Part shown: piece by piece, positions 11,528 to 27,020 of the stretch
Layout: each line of letters opens with the position of its first letter
How positions within the stretch are numbered: position 1 is the first letter of the stretch
Assembly (NCBI GenBank): GCA_012295275.1
Contig: CM022667.1
Location: forward strand, 10,912,001-10,976,000
Direction: 5' to 3'
DNA: 64,000 bases
Source: Chrysomallon squamiferum
Lineage: Eukaryota; Animalia; Mollusca
Notes under the pieces: generated by a model
Told to the model about the DNA's origin: nothing
The model's input: only the letters and a program-made list of their open reading frames with translations
Database searches by the model: none
Translations under genes and position numbers: made by a program

Positions 11528-11954
11528 AAGAAGAAGAAGAAGAAGAAGAAGAAGAAGAAAAAGAAGAAGAAGAAAACAGTAACAATGAAAGAACACCACA
11601 GCAACATCACCAACAACAACAGCAACAATAATAATAACAACTATATTAATAAATAAATTAATTAAATAAAAATAAAACAAAATAAGCAGAGAAACAAAAC
11701 AAACAAACAATAAATAAATGAAAATCGAGATACTTCCTGGTGTCATGACAACTATTTACATTAATGAATTTTCTTGTACTGAAAAAACTAACAACAAAAA
11801 GAACGACATGATTTAACAAATAAATACAAGAAATAAAAGAAAAAGAAAAAAGTCAGAAAGAAGGAAAGATTGTTTATTTAAGACACCTCCTCTCATAATT
11901 AATTGTCTATGATGATGATGATGATGATAACGATGACGATGATATGGTGTTTGT

Positions 11955-11993
11955 GTGTATGTATGTATGTATGTATGTATATATGTATGTTTG

Positions 11994-12027
<34 letters not shown>

Positions 12028-12077
12028 TATATGTATGTATATATGTATGTATGTATATATGTATGTATGTATGTATG

Positions 12078-12111
<34 letters not shown>

Positions 12112-12121
12112 TTATGTATGT
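11955..12121. repeat. (TATG)n / (TA)n compound microsatellite
   Basis: Direct reading. Confidence 0.95.
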
Positions 12122-12877
12122 ATCTATCTATCTATCTGTAAACACACATATACACACATATATACAGACAAATATATATATAATAATAATAATTATATTA
12201 TCATCATTATGAAAGGCAATTTTCGCTTGCCAAAGAATTTCTGATCAGTCAATAGTAAATAATCTTTCTTATGCTACTCCACACAGACATGTCAGTACAT
12301 ACAACAACCTTTTCATACCACACGCTTCTATGAAGAACCATGTTAAATGGCAAACAGTCCAGCAGAAGAATCGATATGGCTCGATCCTACGACACATCAT
12401 ATGTTAACACGAAGCGTTAAGTTACCCGTTACATATAAATAAAAAAATATGACATCATATGAGTTGAGAATGACGTAAGATGGATTAAATGGATATATAT
12501 TTTACTATAAGGAAATTATTATTTTTCATTAACCGTCATTGAAGCGCACATGCTGAGTACGTACACATAGTTCCAAATGCTAGGTATAGATTTCCAAGTG
12601 ATTGTTTTATTTTAATCTAGACACCTACACTTTACTGCTAATAAAGTACATTATAGATGCCTCTGTCTTGGAATATTTCGGTGGAATTGGAATTAACTCT
12701 GATTTTTCATTTAAGTTAATTAACTGAATCAAATATCAAATGAATAATGGTGTATTGTAGATAAATACACTAGAAAAGAAAATTGAAAGATAGACGAAGT
12801 TCAAGGAAAATAGGGGAAAACTCATATCTGTCTACCTCTCTAACCATCCATCCATCCATCTATCCATCATCTATCCA

Positions 12878-12880
<3 letters not shown>

Positions 12881-12972
<92 letters not shown>

Positions 12973-12982
12973 ATCTATATAT

Positions 12983-13017
<35 letters not shown>

Positions 13018-13043
13018 ATACATACATATATATATATATATTT

Positions 13044-13084
<41 letters not shown>

Positions 13085-13085
13085 G
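12881..13085. repeat. Compound microsatellite (CT)n-(CA)n-(TA)n-(GACA)n
   Basis: (CT)n at 12881-12968, followed by CA, TA and GACA runs. Confidence 0.95.
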
Positions 13086-13606
13086 AATACTATGTATTTA
13101 CGTAAACCTCTGTTTAAGAATTTATATCGAACCACCAACCACCAGCAAAACGATCTTGAGTTATGGCCAGCAAGAAAATCATATCAAAACGAGAGCCAAA
13201 TAAAAAGTGATGAACGATCTCGGAGACCTCCACGCGTCCAGCAGGGATCTGTTATTAAGAAAGATTTCGCCAGTCTGCTCATATACGCTGACATATCGAA
13301 AGCCGGCCAAATCATAATAACACGTCAAATTCCTCGTTTATTGCCACTTAATTCTATCAGCTAAGAAACGGGATTACATGATCGGAATATATGGCAAGTA
13401 TTTCACGCTTGTAAACGATAGGAAAGCGTTATCAATTTTAATATCTGAGCGTTCGGTTGACGCGAACGGTCCGGCATTTGTGTGTGTGCTAGCTAAACGC
13501 CCGTTGTTAATTCCAGTGTTATCAGATTTTTGTCAGTTGTGAATAAAATCTGTTGCTGTCTTGAGTGTCGCATTATTAAAACGTCTTTGACTTTGGGGGA
13601 AAAATG

Positions 13607-13644
<38 letters not shown>

Positions 13645-13783
13645 CGAATGAGCTATTTTATTTTTTTTTTTTTTTTTTTTTTTTTAAATATCTGGCTGTT
13701 AGGTTTTGATCGTTTGTTATCGGAAAGTAAAAAATGGCGGATGAATTTTTTTAAAATGTCTGATGAGAGAAAGTAAGATTATG

Positions 13784-13850
<67 letters not shown>

Positions 13851-14531
13851 AAATGAAGCAACAATTATTATAATAATCAACGATTATAATTATAATATGA
13901 TTAAAATAAAACAAAGTTATCCAGAAATGTTTCTTCATACTATCTGAGCGAGCTTTTTTTTTTTTTTGCCCATGCAAATGCTATTGACCCTTTCTTAAAG
14001 TGACTTTATTTTTGTCATTTCGCTGAAAATGGAATTAAAATAGATGGCGATTCGAAAACGATCAGCAACCGAGTAATCACGGAAACAGGTTGTTTGACAT
14101 GACAGATGACCTACGATGTCTGGGTATTGGTGCAGGTGGCGAGGAGCGCGCGCTAGGGAGCACGTGCTCGCGTGACTGAAAATAAGCCGTTTCACGTCTG
14201 ACTACGATGTGCAGTTTGAAATTGTGAAAAGGAACGCGAAAATTAATTTTCGCTTTTCGTTTCTTAAATAATAATGTTCACAAAATTAATATTCCCTTTG
14301 AGCAGACGAGGAAATGGGATTTTTAGGAAACTGGATGCAGTAATTATAATATGGCTTTGTAAAGATATATTATATATTGTTTATGACATGTGAATGAAAT
14401 AGACAAATTAATTTCAATTAGCAGAAACGTTGGTTAGAATTACTTAATAAGCGACTTTATTTGTACTGATCATCATAATAAGGATGATGTTAATAATGAT
14501 CGTTAATGATGGTGATAATTATAATACACAG

Positions 14532-14599
<68 letters not shown>

Positions 14600-15730
14600 T
14601 TAATAATTAAATAAATAACCATTTGCCATGATGTTTTGGCGAAGTCAGAGACAAGGCCATGACAGGTGTACTTGGACAATTCTTTCATAGAATCATAAGC
14701 AAATTTTTATATCTAAATTAACCAGATGAAAAAAAAAAAAAAATGATATAGAAAGGATAAAAATAATTATAATTAAAGAAATAAAATAAAAATAATATTT
14801 ATATTATAATAAATTAATAAAATAATTAATAAATAATCAAACATAAACAAACAAACAAACAAATAAAATATATTTCTTAAAAAAAAAAAAAAAAAAAAAT
14901 TAAAACTATACAAATAAATAAACTAATTAAACTCAAAAGACAAATATAAATAAAATAAAATAAAATAAAATAAAATAAAAGTCTAACAAGATTAAATAAA
15001 ATTATTTAAAAAAAAAAAAAAAAAATTTAAAAAAATAAATAAATAAAAAGTAAAAGAAAAAAAATACAAAACAAATGGAAGGGAAGTTCAATTCTTCTTG
15101 ACTTCTGCTCACTTGAGCACGTGCGTTTATATCTGCTGCGGGCCGTTTCCTGATATCTATTTCCAGCGGGGCTGTCAGCCGACAAAGGATAAGAGTCGCG
15201 CGCAGAGTCAATTTACTTGAATCGATTTGCCGCCATCGCTATTGCTGATCAGAAAACCTTTGGCGCGTAATTGTATTGGCAATTTAGCAAGCAACGCATG
15301 CCATTTATGGGGTCGTCACAGCTGCTCCGTGTCGTCACCGCGGCTTCGCGGGTCCCTGGACACAGATTTCGTACGCTGACGGAGGAAGGAAGATTCTTGC
15401 GGACCGGGAATGGAAGAAATTGGACTTGTGATACGGCGATTTTTTTTTCGCTCTCTTTTTGGTTCTCTCTCTTTCTTTTTCTTTCTTTAATTTCTTTCTT
15501 TTTTGGAGACTTTCGGAAATTGTTGATTGCAGGAGTGACAGAGTTGGTGATTTTCTTTTCACTGATGCGGTATTATCTCGACGTGGATGTCTGCTTGTTT
15601 TTTTTTTTGTTTTTTTTTTTTAAAATCTTTTGTAATGTAGCTTTGGTATCCAGTTCTAACTTGAGCTCATTTTTCTGTCCCTAAAATAAATGAATGAATG
15701 AATAAACAAATAAATAAACAAATAAACAAA

Positions 15731-15761
<31 letters not shown>

Positions 15762-15953
15762 AATAAAATAAAATAATATAATATAATCAAAAAAAAAAAA
15801 AAAAAAAAGCAAATAAGAAAAAAAAAAAAAAAGAATAAAAAGAAATAAATAGAAATGTCTGTCTGTCTGTCTGTCACAGATAGTAGTAGCCTTGTATTTA
15901 TTTATAAAAAGACAAAATATGCTCTAAGGTTTCACCACAACGGCATTATGGGA

Positions 15954-16055
<102 letters not shown>

Positions 16056-16680
16056 CTATTAACAAGAATAAGAGACGAATATTCTTTTTAAAACAGCTAA
16101 TTCTATTTTTACTTTTTAATTCCTTTTTTTTTTTCTTCAACAATTTTATTTTTCTCTCCGACGTAGAAGATGTGTGAACACTATCGTTATTGAAAATTGT
16201 TGATTATCTCACAGTTTGAATTTGTAAATGATTTAAGCCTTTGTACATGCAATTTCCGTTCATGTGATAAAATTATTATACTGTACATAACAACAGCAAA
16301 ACAGACGCGGCAGCAAGATACAGACTATATCGTGATCCTTCCTATATCAGACAGGGTCGTTTAATGACATCGTCCTTATTAAAGTTTAATATTTAATGAC
16401 ATAAATTCTGAGCCACTTTCTCTTAGACGCGTTGATTCGACAGTGGCCCACTCGACTAATTATTTTTGTCGTCTGATATTTTGATGCGCGCCAAAAAGAG
16501 CAGTATCGTCTGCAAAAATAAGAGCAAAATAGAACGGCGGATTTCTTTTTCGCGCGCCGAAATTGTTCTGTTGCGACGAATAGGTGAGGTTTACGATTTA
16601 AATAAACTTGCACTTGAAGAAGACTCTATGATTATAATTATAGTAAAAGTGAGTATAAATAAAGTATATAATTATATTTA

Positions 16681-16752
<72 letters not shown>

Positions 16753-17040
16753 TAAATAAATAAAATAAATTAAAATAAATTAAAATAAAATATTTATATT
16801 TTTGTAATGTAATTTTATTCTGATTCCTTTATAACTTTATAAGTGTTTTTTTTATTTTTCTGTATTTATCTGTGCTTCTAAGTCTGTCTGTCTGTCATTC
16901 CGCCCCTCCTTTCTCACCTGGTCATCCAACCGTACGTACGATTTCATTAGCAGTGCCTTCGTGTCTTCAAGGATGTCTCTCTGTCACACCATAACATTTT
17001 TCCCCACATTCTTTTAATGTCACTTCTGTCAGGTTTCATT

Positions 17041-17100
<60 letters not shown>

Positions 17101-17105
17101 CCTCA

Positions 17106-17162
<57 letters not shown>

Positions 17163-17532
17163 ACACACAAAATTAAAGCATTCACACCAGTCATAAAACA
17201 ATACTTTCAGTTCACATTTCTTATCACAAATGTTAATTTTTTTGTTTAAATTTACAAACACACTCGGACGACAAACACGAAACTCTGAGGTATTTGCTCG
17301 CAGTTCTGAATTTGTTAATTTGGCAGCCAACCCGTGACCCGTCTTCCCATAAACTGGGCAAACACCTGCTAAGCGAAGGATCCATTTACATCGATGCAAA
17401 GCAGATGAAATATTAATAGGCGGTAATATTAGAAAGCTAAGACCACCTCGGCCGAAAGATTAAATATACATATATTTTATAGCTGTATGACATGCGTGTT
17501 TTCTAATAGTGTATTCTGATTAACCAGCGAGG

Positions 17533-17568
<36 letters not shown>

Positions 17569-17895
17569 TGACCTTGAATTTAACCCCTCGAAAGAAAGGA
17601 AATGATATAGTTTTATAAATAACATTCTGATGTTATTTTATTTATTTATATATTATTACACTGTTGTGTTATTTTATGGTATTTTAATATTTCAGTTTAA
17701 TGGGTTTTTTTTTAATTTTCTTTCTTTATTTGTTTTTGTTTTATTTATTTATTTATTTATTTATTTATTATGTGTTAGGGTAATTCTAATTCATTTTGCT
17801 TTCTGTATTTTAGAAATGGACAGACAACAAGTCTTATTAAATATATAGTAAAAATGTAAATAAAATTTAGAATATGTTAATATAAACTTAAAACG

Positions 17896-17983
<88 letters not shown>

Positions 17984-18845
17984 CGTATCTCGTGCTACCA
18001 TGACAACTGAATTACGCGTCCGAAAAATTATTCCATTTTACAAACAAAATCATAAAGCAGTTTGTTATATTGCTAGACTGAACAATATTAAGTTGTTACA
18101 ATTCAACTTTAACTCGTTCCGAAACTTATTAAATAGGAGGCTTTGTTAGACTGGCAACGTAATCTAGATTGCAGAACTCAAGTAACTTCGAACAGAGCGC
18201 ATTCCCACGCCGTCATTATTATTTTTATTTTTTCAGCCCACCTTTTGTCAAAGGTTATGAAATATGAAAGGCAAAAATAAATATGTAACCGAACTGAACA
18301 TACCAGCGTTCATATTCACCTTGGAAAATTGAGGTTCTGGCTTAACGTGGTCCTTCAAACAACACTAACGCAGTGTTGAGAGATATAATTTTTTTTTTTT
18401 TTTGCTCTTTCAATCGCCTTCCCTCCTTTGTTTGCTTATTAATGTACGTGACGAAAATTGTTATTCGCCATCTTGAGCGCATTATTTTCTCCAAAAAGAC
18501 AAATATTTAGAATATCGAGAAAGACTAACACAAATATGAAACTCCGACGAAGTCACATACGTGTATGTATATTTATAATATTATATAGTGAGGTTGTATG
18601 CATATACGTTGAAGAAAGAAAGAAAGAAAGACAAAAAACACGTCACATTTCTTGTGCGGCAGCAAAGGTGCGCGGGAAGCACGTGACCCAAAGTTTAGCA
18701 GACGACATCCGGTGACACAAAAAAAAAAGAAAAAAAAAAGACTAATTTTCCGGAAACGTTATCGCAGTTAAGAGGAACATCTCCCTCCCCCCAGGTTTTG
18801 TTTGAATTATATTTAATAAATGGTAATTGGTAAGTAGCATATTTG

Positions 18846-18881
<36 letters not shown>

Positions 18882-19442
18882 ATTGATGTTGAAAATTTAA
18901 ACAAACGCATCATAACTACGCGCGTATGATATGAGCAAAAATGTCCGGTGTTTTGACGCCTCCTCTCTCGGGCGGCCATAAACATGCCGCTGTAGCCGTC
19001 TTTTACGAACGACGGATTCATAAATGAAAAAGGAGATTAAAGCGAGGAAGGAGGGAAATCGCGAAAACTATGCATTAGAAGGGAGTGCACAGAAACACTG
19101 TTTACATTTACCATATTAGACACAGGGTTGTAAACCTGAGGGACGAGAATACATTTCACTTTCAAAAATATTTGCCCTAATTATAGGCTCTCGCGTTTAC
19201 CGAATAGATAAAATGATATCCACATTAAATACACACACACACACGTAAACTCATAAACTGAAAAATGGAGAAGCGTTGGAATGCGCTGTGTTTATATCGG
19301 ACAACACTGGCAGTTTTTGTCCTATGCTCTTAATTATGATGATTAATTGCGCTATCTTTCATGTATGTTTTACTGGGCTTCGTTGGTGGTATTGTGTTTC
19401 ATATTATAAGTTGTAACAAATATATATATGTATGTATGTATG

Positions 19443-19473
<31 letters not shown>

Positions 19474-19552
19474 ATTCTTAATATAAATTAAACGCAACAA
19501 GAACAACAATAAAACTGGTTGATTTTATAATTTCTGATTATTACAAGAAAGG

Positions 19553-19628
<76 letters not shown>

Positions 19629-20370
19629 AATAATAATAATAAAAAAAAAAAAAAAAAAAAAAAAAAATTAAAAAAATAATAAAATAAAATAATAATAATG
19701 AAATAATCTCTCTCTCCATAAATTATACACGGATATAACCCATTTAGCTAAGCCATCCGTTTTTGTGATTTATTATTTCCCGATTAAATAAACAAATTAA
19801 AAATTAAAGCATTAAAATGACATTTAAATTTTTATTTTTTTTTTAAAAACAAGAACCCTATATGTTCAATATTCTTTGTTTGTTTCATCTGGCTTTAAAT
19901 TTCGCACCGCGATTATTTATTAATAATAAAATATGATTTATGGCCGGCTGTAATTTCATCTATTTTAAAGATAAATCGTTAATCCAGTATTAATATGTAT
20001 TTATCGTTAATGACGACCGTATATTATTTTTTTTTGTCCAGCGCGACACGAAAATAATGTATATTCAGTGCGATTATTGATGAGATAATAAAATTTTAAT
20101 TCATGCGATGCGTAATATCGCGGAACACGTTAAAAAGTTTCTTTTGTTAAATGACACGAGTAGAATGCGTTGATATATCGTCTCCTTCTTATTTTACGTT
20201 TCCAAACAAATAATGTATGTGGGTGTGTGCTTATATGAGTTTATAATAAACACGCATACACACCAATAAACGTGTATTTTGTTTGTTTGTGTTTGTGTGT
20301 GTGTGTGTGTTTACACAGAGGGCGCTCGCCTTGTAATTATAAGAATTAGTTTATAAAAGCGGGCACACAC

Positions 20371-20479
<109 letters not shown>

Positions 20480-21904
20480 CTCTCTTATTATTATTATTAT
20501 TATTATTAATTTTAATTTATTTATATACCGACTCGACTGTTTTATATGTTATTTTATTTTATTGTTTTTTTTGTTGTATATGTTGTTGTTTTTCTTCTTT
20601 TTAATTATAAAACCTATTTCATCATAAAAGTCACTTCACCCGTGAAAAAAAAAAAAAAAAAAAAATCAATGGCTCGATATGAAGTCCTGAAGTTCTTTTC
20701 ATTTGCAGTTGTTATGTAGAGCTGAAGATCTTTTAAACACAGGCAATAGAAAGTCCTGAAAGTCTGAAGTCATTTTTTTACGCCGATGATAGTGAAACCA
20801 TGAAGATCATTATATCGTAGGTGGTGGTAGGTATGAAGATCCGCGCGCGTTAGAAAAACAAACAAAAAAACAAACAAACAAACAAACAAATAAAAAAAAA
20901 AAAAAACACAAAAAAAAATAATAATAATACGTACGTAACATGAAAACTGGATTCGCCCCTGTTTCATAATATGAAATAAATTCAATATGAAACTGATACT
21001 TTTTTTAATATTTCAATAGGACCTTCTGCAACGATGTACGATATGAAACCGATACTTTTAATATTCAGCGGGTGTCACGGAAAACGTTGTAATATACGTT
21101 GAAATAAAGAAACTTAACCTAATCCCATAATTTTTGCTTCGTTTTTTTTTTTTTTTTTTATAATCTATCTATTGTCAGTTTCACATAAAAGTCGCTACCA
21201 TGACTGGTAAATTTTTGATTTACTGGTTCTGAACAGGTAACTTAGCTATCATGGATCATGCAAAACAAGAATTACTGATACGTGTATATATATATTTCTT
21301 TTTATTTATTTGTTTAAAACGTATTATTATTATTATTTTTTTTTTTTGTCTTATTATTATTATTTTTATAATCACCACTCCTTTCTGTCTTGACATTTTA
21401 AATAAATAAATAAATAAACTGGTTAAATAAAACAGCTAGCTGCGTTTTATGGGAGTCTTCAAATGTGTATGTACATAGATGTGTTTGAATGCATGTCTTA
21501 GTGTGTGTGCATGTGTGTGTGTGAGTGTGTGCATGTATGCATATATCTCTATGTTTGCCTGTCTTTGTGTCTGTGTGATGGCCTGTCTGTCTGATTTATG
21601 TATGTATCTGTATGTTTACATATAAGTGTGTACATTTGCATGTATATGAATATGAATGTACGTATATGTGTCGGTAATTGCCCGTGTGCATATGCATGTA
21701 TGTGTGAATGGATAAACGGATGAACAGATAGATGGATGTAATATGTATATGAGGGACTGTATAAGTGTATAGGTACATATCTTTATTTATTTATTTATTT
21801 ATTTCTTTATTTATTTATTATTTATAGAGTATATATTTATATCAAGGAACATTAATAAGGGAGAAAAAAAAGAAAAACAGAAGTAGTAAAAATCTATTCG
21901 CGCA

Positions 21905-21955
21905 TTGATGAGAATTGAACCCACGACCGTCAAGACGCGTGGCAGCTGAGCAATA
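21905..21955 (-). mobile_element. Degenerate tRNA-derived (SINE-head-like) remnant
   Basis: Minus strand reads TGCTCAGCTG (A-box-like) ... GGTC-GTGGG-TTCAATT-CTCAT (T-arm/B-box-like). No complete cloverleaf. Confidence 0.35.
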
Positions 21956-23065
21956 GACAGCTCACAGCCGGTTTGACTGACGTAAATTTGTGCCCCTTGT
22001 TAATTTTCGGTCCTAAGTTGTCTCGGGGTTAACAAGGGCCGATTTGCACAAAATAATCTCTTTCGTTTCGTTGTCAATTTATTTTTGCCCCGAGTTATCG
22101 AAAAGAGACATGAGATGATATGATTTGGCGGGCTTTTCTTCTTGATGGCGGGAAATCTCCCCGCCGAAATCTCGTTACGCGCGTAAAACTCGCTCTCGTG
22201 TATTGATTGAATGGGATTTTGACCCGATAATTGTTCGTGTGGCCAGTTTATGAAGGGCGATCAAACACGATTATTAGAGAAATTCGCATACGTCTTCTGT
22301 CATGGAGAGGAAGACCTCGTTCTGACATTGTCATTGATCTGCACGCGCTAAGCACGAGCTTGGTCTTCTGCCGCTTTCCACCCCCCCTCTCTCTCTCTCT
22401 GTCTTTCTCTCCAGCGTCTGGGGCCGTGTCACAAAATAATGGGGGAAAAAAAAAAAAAAAAAAGAAGAAGAAGAAGCTATAACATGATTTATTTTTCTAT
22501 TCTGTCGTGTAGTTTTGTGACGAAAGTTAAACGAGGGATGATTAACTTTGAAATTATGATGCAGTGGATGTCTGTGTGTTTGACAACATGGTTAGTTATT
22601 ACATCCGCATCGACTGAAGGTGATGATGAAAAATTCAGAAGACAAAGAAATTGACAAGTTGAGTGTCTGTAGTGAAATAATTATCTCGCCGAGAAAAAAA
22701 AAAAGAAAAAAAAAAAAAAATGTAAATGTTAATTTATTTTTGAATATCTTCTCCATTCTTTTTCTTTTATAATAATAATAATAATAATGATGACCATAAT
22801 GATGAAATATTAAGACAAATTATTGAATAAATATCGTAATATAAGACATATTTTTAATCTTGCATAAATACAGTAGAAAAAATTAATTTTGAAAAAAGAA
22901 GAAAAAAATAAATAATAATAATAATAAAAAAAAAAAAAGAAAAAAAAAAAAAGAAAAAGTAGAAAACCCACAAAACACCAAACAAACGAAAAAACAAAAA
23001 CACGATCCTGATAAAATAAAAAAAAAATTATGAAAAAGCTACTAAAATAGTTGCTCTTTGTTTGT

Positions 23066-23126
<61 letters not shown>

Positions 23127-23910
23127 CTCTCATTCTTTATTTCACACACACACACACACTCACACTTCCTGCAACAGAACATCACAACAGCTCCAAACAA
23201 AAATCACATTACTTAAACCAACAACAACGTCTTCTTCTCACCACATCCCCCCCCCCCCCACCCCACCCAACCCCACCCCCCGCTCGTCTCTCTTTATCTT
23301 TATCTTTATCTCTCTCTCTCTCTCTCTTTCTCATTATCACGCAATCTTCACAAACTCTTTTATAAATTATGACGAGCCACACAAACCGCTTCAGAGTCGA
23401 GAAATGAGCGTAAACGGTTGAACCTCTCAACAAAAATTTTTTTTTTTTTTTTTTTTTTTCTCCTTTCTTCTTGTGCCTGTCGATATATACAGAGCCACTT
23501 TTCGTGAGTCGCAAGAATCGCAAGGGCTGGCGATTTGTAATTCAAATATGTTATGATATCGTTCATGAATAAAACACGCAATTCATCAATTCCTGTTGAC
23601 GTGCGTCGCATTAATAAGCAATTTTTCAATTACACTGATGCTCGTTGGCCACTTCTTGTCGTTCACGGTAATACAATAACCCCCCGGTCTCGTAGATGCA
23701 TACATTTTTTTTCTGGTGGGGGGGGTGTGTGTGGGGGTGATTGTTTTCTGGCCGAGGTTCTTCTTTGTTGTTGTTGTTCATTCATCTCTTGCCTTGTTTG
23801 CATCGAAGAAATATTTGTCCATGTTTTTTTTTTTTTTTTTTTCTCATCCTTGTGTAGAAGGAGCAGTGTCCTGACTAAGAATTGTAATCCGCTTTTATGT
23901 CATCATCTTC

Positions 23911-23951
<41 letters not shown>

Positions 23952-24281
23952 AAGAAAGAAAGACAATTAAATGAAAGGAAAGGTTTTTTATCGACAACTC
24001 ATTTTTAAACAACCCGAGTTTAATAAAAAAAAAAAAAAAAAAATTCGAAAAAAAGATTAGGATATTGTTGTACAAGAAGTTTGTTGTCCCTCTTATAATT
24101 AATAAAAAAAATTGATTTTGAAGACTGGAGAAGAAAACCGACGTTGTTGCACAGGAAGCAACGTTTTTCAGCAGCAACGATGCTTTAAGTTTAGGTTTTA
24201 TATAGAATACACGACAGCACGTATTTTATTGTTTTAAATATTTAAATATAGGTCGGATAATAATAATAATAATAATAATAA

Positions 24282-24312
<31 letters not shown>

Positions 24313-24420
24313 AAGAAGAAGAAGAAGAAGAAGAAGAAGAAGAAGAAGAACAACAACAACAACAACAACAAAAACAACAAAAACAACAATAACAAAAACA
24401 ACAATAACAATTATAATATT

Positions 24421-25047
24421 GGTAGAAGCAGTAGAAGTAGTAGTAATAATAATAGTAGCAGAAAAGCACCAATATTAGTATTAGTAGTAATAGCAATAGC
24501 AGTAGCAGCAGTAATAGTAGTAGTAATAGTACTAGTGTATTACTAGTAGGAATGATAATAGCTGTGGTAGTAGTATTGGTAGTAGCGACAGCAGTGACAG
24601 TAGCAGTGGCAGTAGTAATATTAATAGTAGTAGTAGTAGTAGTAGTAGTAGTAATAGCAGTAGCAGTAATATTAGTAATATTAATAGTAGTGGCAGTAGC
24701 AGAACATGCAGTTGCAACAGCATCAGCAGCAGCAGCAGTAGTAGTAGTAGGAGTAGTAGTAGTTGTAGTAGCAGTAGTAGTAGTAGCAGCAGTAGTAGTA
24801 GTAGTAACAGCAGCAGTAGTAGTAGTAGCAGTGGTAGTAGTAGTAACTGCAGTAGTAGTAGTAGTAGCAGTAGTAGTAGTAGTAGTAGCAGCAGCAGCAG
24901 CAGCAGCGGCAGTAGTAGTAGTAGTAGTAGTTGTAGTAGTAGTAGTAGTAGCAGCAGTTGTAGCAGTTGTAGCAGTAGTAGTAGTAGTAGCAGTAGTAGT
25001 AGCAGTAGTAGCAGTAGTAGTAGTAGTAGTAGCAGTAGTTGTAGTAA

Positions 25048-25088
<41 letters not shown>
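24421..25088. repeat. Degenerate (GTA/GCA)n trinucleotide array
   Basis: Direct reading; source of the poly-Val and poly-Leu ORFs. Confidence 0.95.
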
Positions 25089-25749
25089 ACATATTGATAT
25101 GTTTTCCTACAAAGTGGATCGGAGTCATTGGACCCGCGACCTTTGGCCCTGAAATCGATATTCCAGTTCTAATTAGGTTTGTTGTGTGATAATAGTTTTA
25201 TGGCAGAAATACGTAATTACAATGAATTTAGAATTTTCACCTCGATAATAAAATCAATTAATGTAATGAATTAAAAATAAAATAAAATGAAAGTAATAAT
25301 AAAATAAAAACAAATTCGTAATCAAAATAAAACGAAAATAAAAATTAAATAAAATAAAGCAGTAAATGGAAATAAATAATGAATTAATAACAAAACGAAG
25401 GTGAAAATAAAATAAAATAAAACCAAATAAATTAAAATATAATTACTGTAAAAATAATAAATAAATAAATATGCAAGTAAGTAAGTAAGTAAATTAGTGA
25501 TGTAAATAAATAAATTCCTTAATATTATCGCCATCATCATCATCATCATCATCATTATCATCATCATTTATTAATATTGAAATTATAAACATCCAGAAAA
25601 TATCATTAATTCATAAAACAAATATATATTTAAAAAGTTAAATAATTTACAAATTTTACAATTTCACTTTGTTTTTCATTTTTAATTCAATGATGAACAC
25701 CTGATATAGTTGACCTGAAATGAATAAAATTAAAAAATAGCAATAATAA

Positions 25750-25818
<69 letters not shown>

Positions 25819-26941
25819 AACAACAGAAAAAATAAAACAAGAAAAAAAAAACTTGTTGTGTGTGTGTGTATATATATATGGTAAACACATATATCCGCTT
25901 TCTTCATCCTGTTACCCGATTAGTAAGATATAAAACTACAGAGGCAACCAAACGATAAAAAAAAAAAAAAAAAAAAAAAATCAGTCACAGTTTGTTAATA
26001 AACGAATACAAACAAAGTGAAAGCATGAAGCACCTGTCCGCGAGTGTTTTAAGAGCGACTCAAGCCAATGAAAACGTACATAATTATTCGAAATGACTGC
26101 AAAAGTGCCGCTGATAGGTTTGTTCAAACAAGATACAGGTGTTGGTTTGCATTATAAAACACACAGGCCTCCCTCCCTCCCTTTTATTCAACTTAAATGT
26201 CAACACTGAATAACATTTAAAAAAAAAAAAAAAGAAAAAAAAAAAGAAAAGAAAGGAAGATATATATAAACAAAAAAGAAAAGAAAAGAAAAAAACAAAA
26301 TTCTTGTGCTCTCTCGTTAATTAAAACTTTTCGTCGTTGAAATGCGACTCGCATTTTCGCATTATGATCGCCACGAAACTTAACTCTGCGAAGTGGATTT
26401 TCGTTCACATAACTAATTTCTATGTTTTCATAGACCGAGGGTGGACGCGCATATTTAAGCACACATCAAAGTGTCACGTGATTCATACCCGCACGCGGTG
26501 ACCAAAACGACGCACCGCCGCGACTCCGGTTTCACACAACGACGAAGACGTCGCAAGCACGTGACGTCAATTTAAAATTAAATGTACAAAAAAAAAAAAA
26601 AAACAAAACAACAATGCGCCGATCTTTTGCGAAGGAATGTTTTATCCGTTACCCACCCTTATTTTCGTCTTTTTTTTTTTCTTTTTTTTTTCCTGTTTTT
26701 CTTTTTCTCTTCTGTTCAAGGGATTAGAATATTAACGGGATTTTCTGGGTGTTATACCGCGATGAATTTCAAATACTGTTTGTCATCCATGTGGCATCCT
26801 TCAGAGCGCTAGATACATTTTACTTAAAAGTAATTAAAGTTTATAAGTATAGCAAGGTAGGAGCTAAGTGTGTATAAAGAGGGGGGTGGTGCAATTTGTC
26901 AGAATAGACATATATATATATATATACATATACAAACAGAT

Positions 26942-27020
<79 letters not shown>

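Noticed and set aside
20985-21070. Small ~55-bp local duplication (ATATGAAAC.GATACTTTT..AATATT); a similar ~50-bp duplication lies at 63689-63784
   Set aside because: Ordinary slippage duplications with no further structure
21905-21955. Functional tRNA gene
   Set aside because: Only A-box-like and T-arm-like parts; no acceptor stem or anticodon arm
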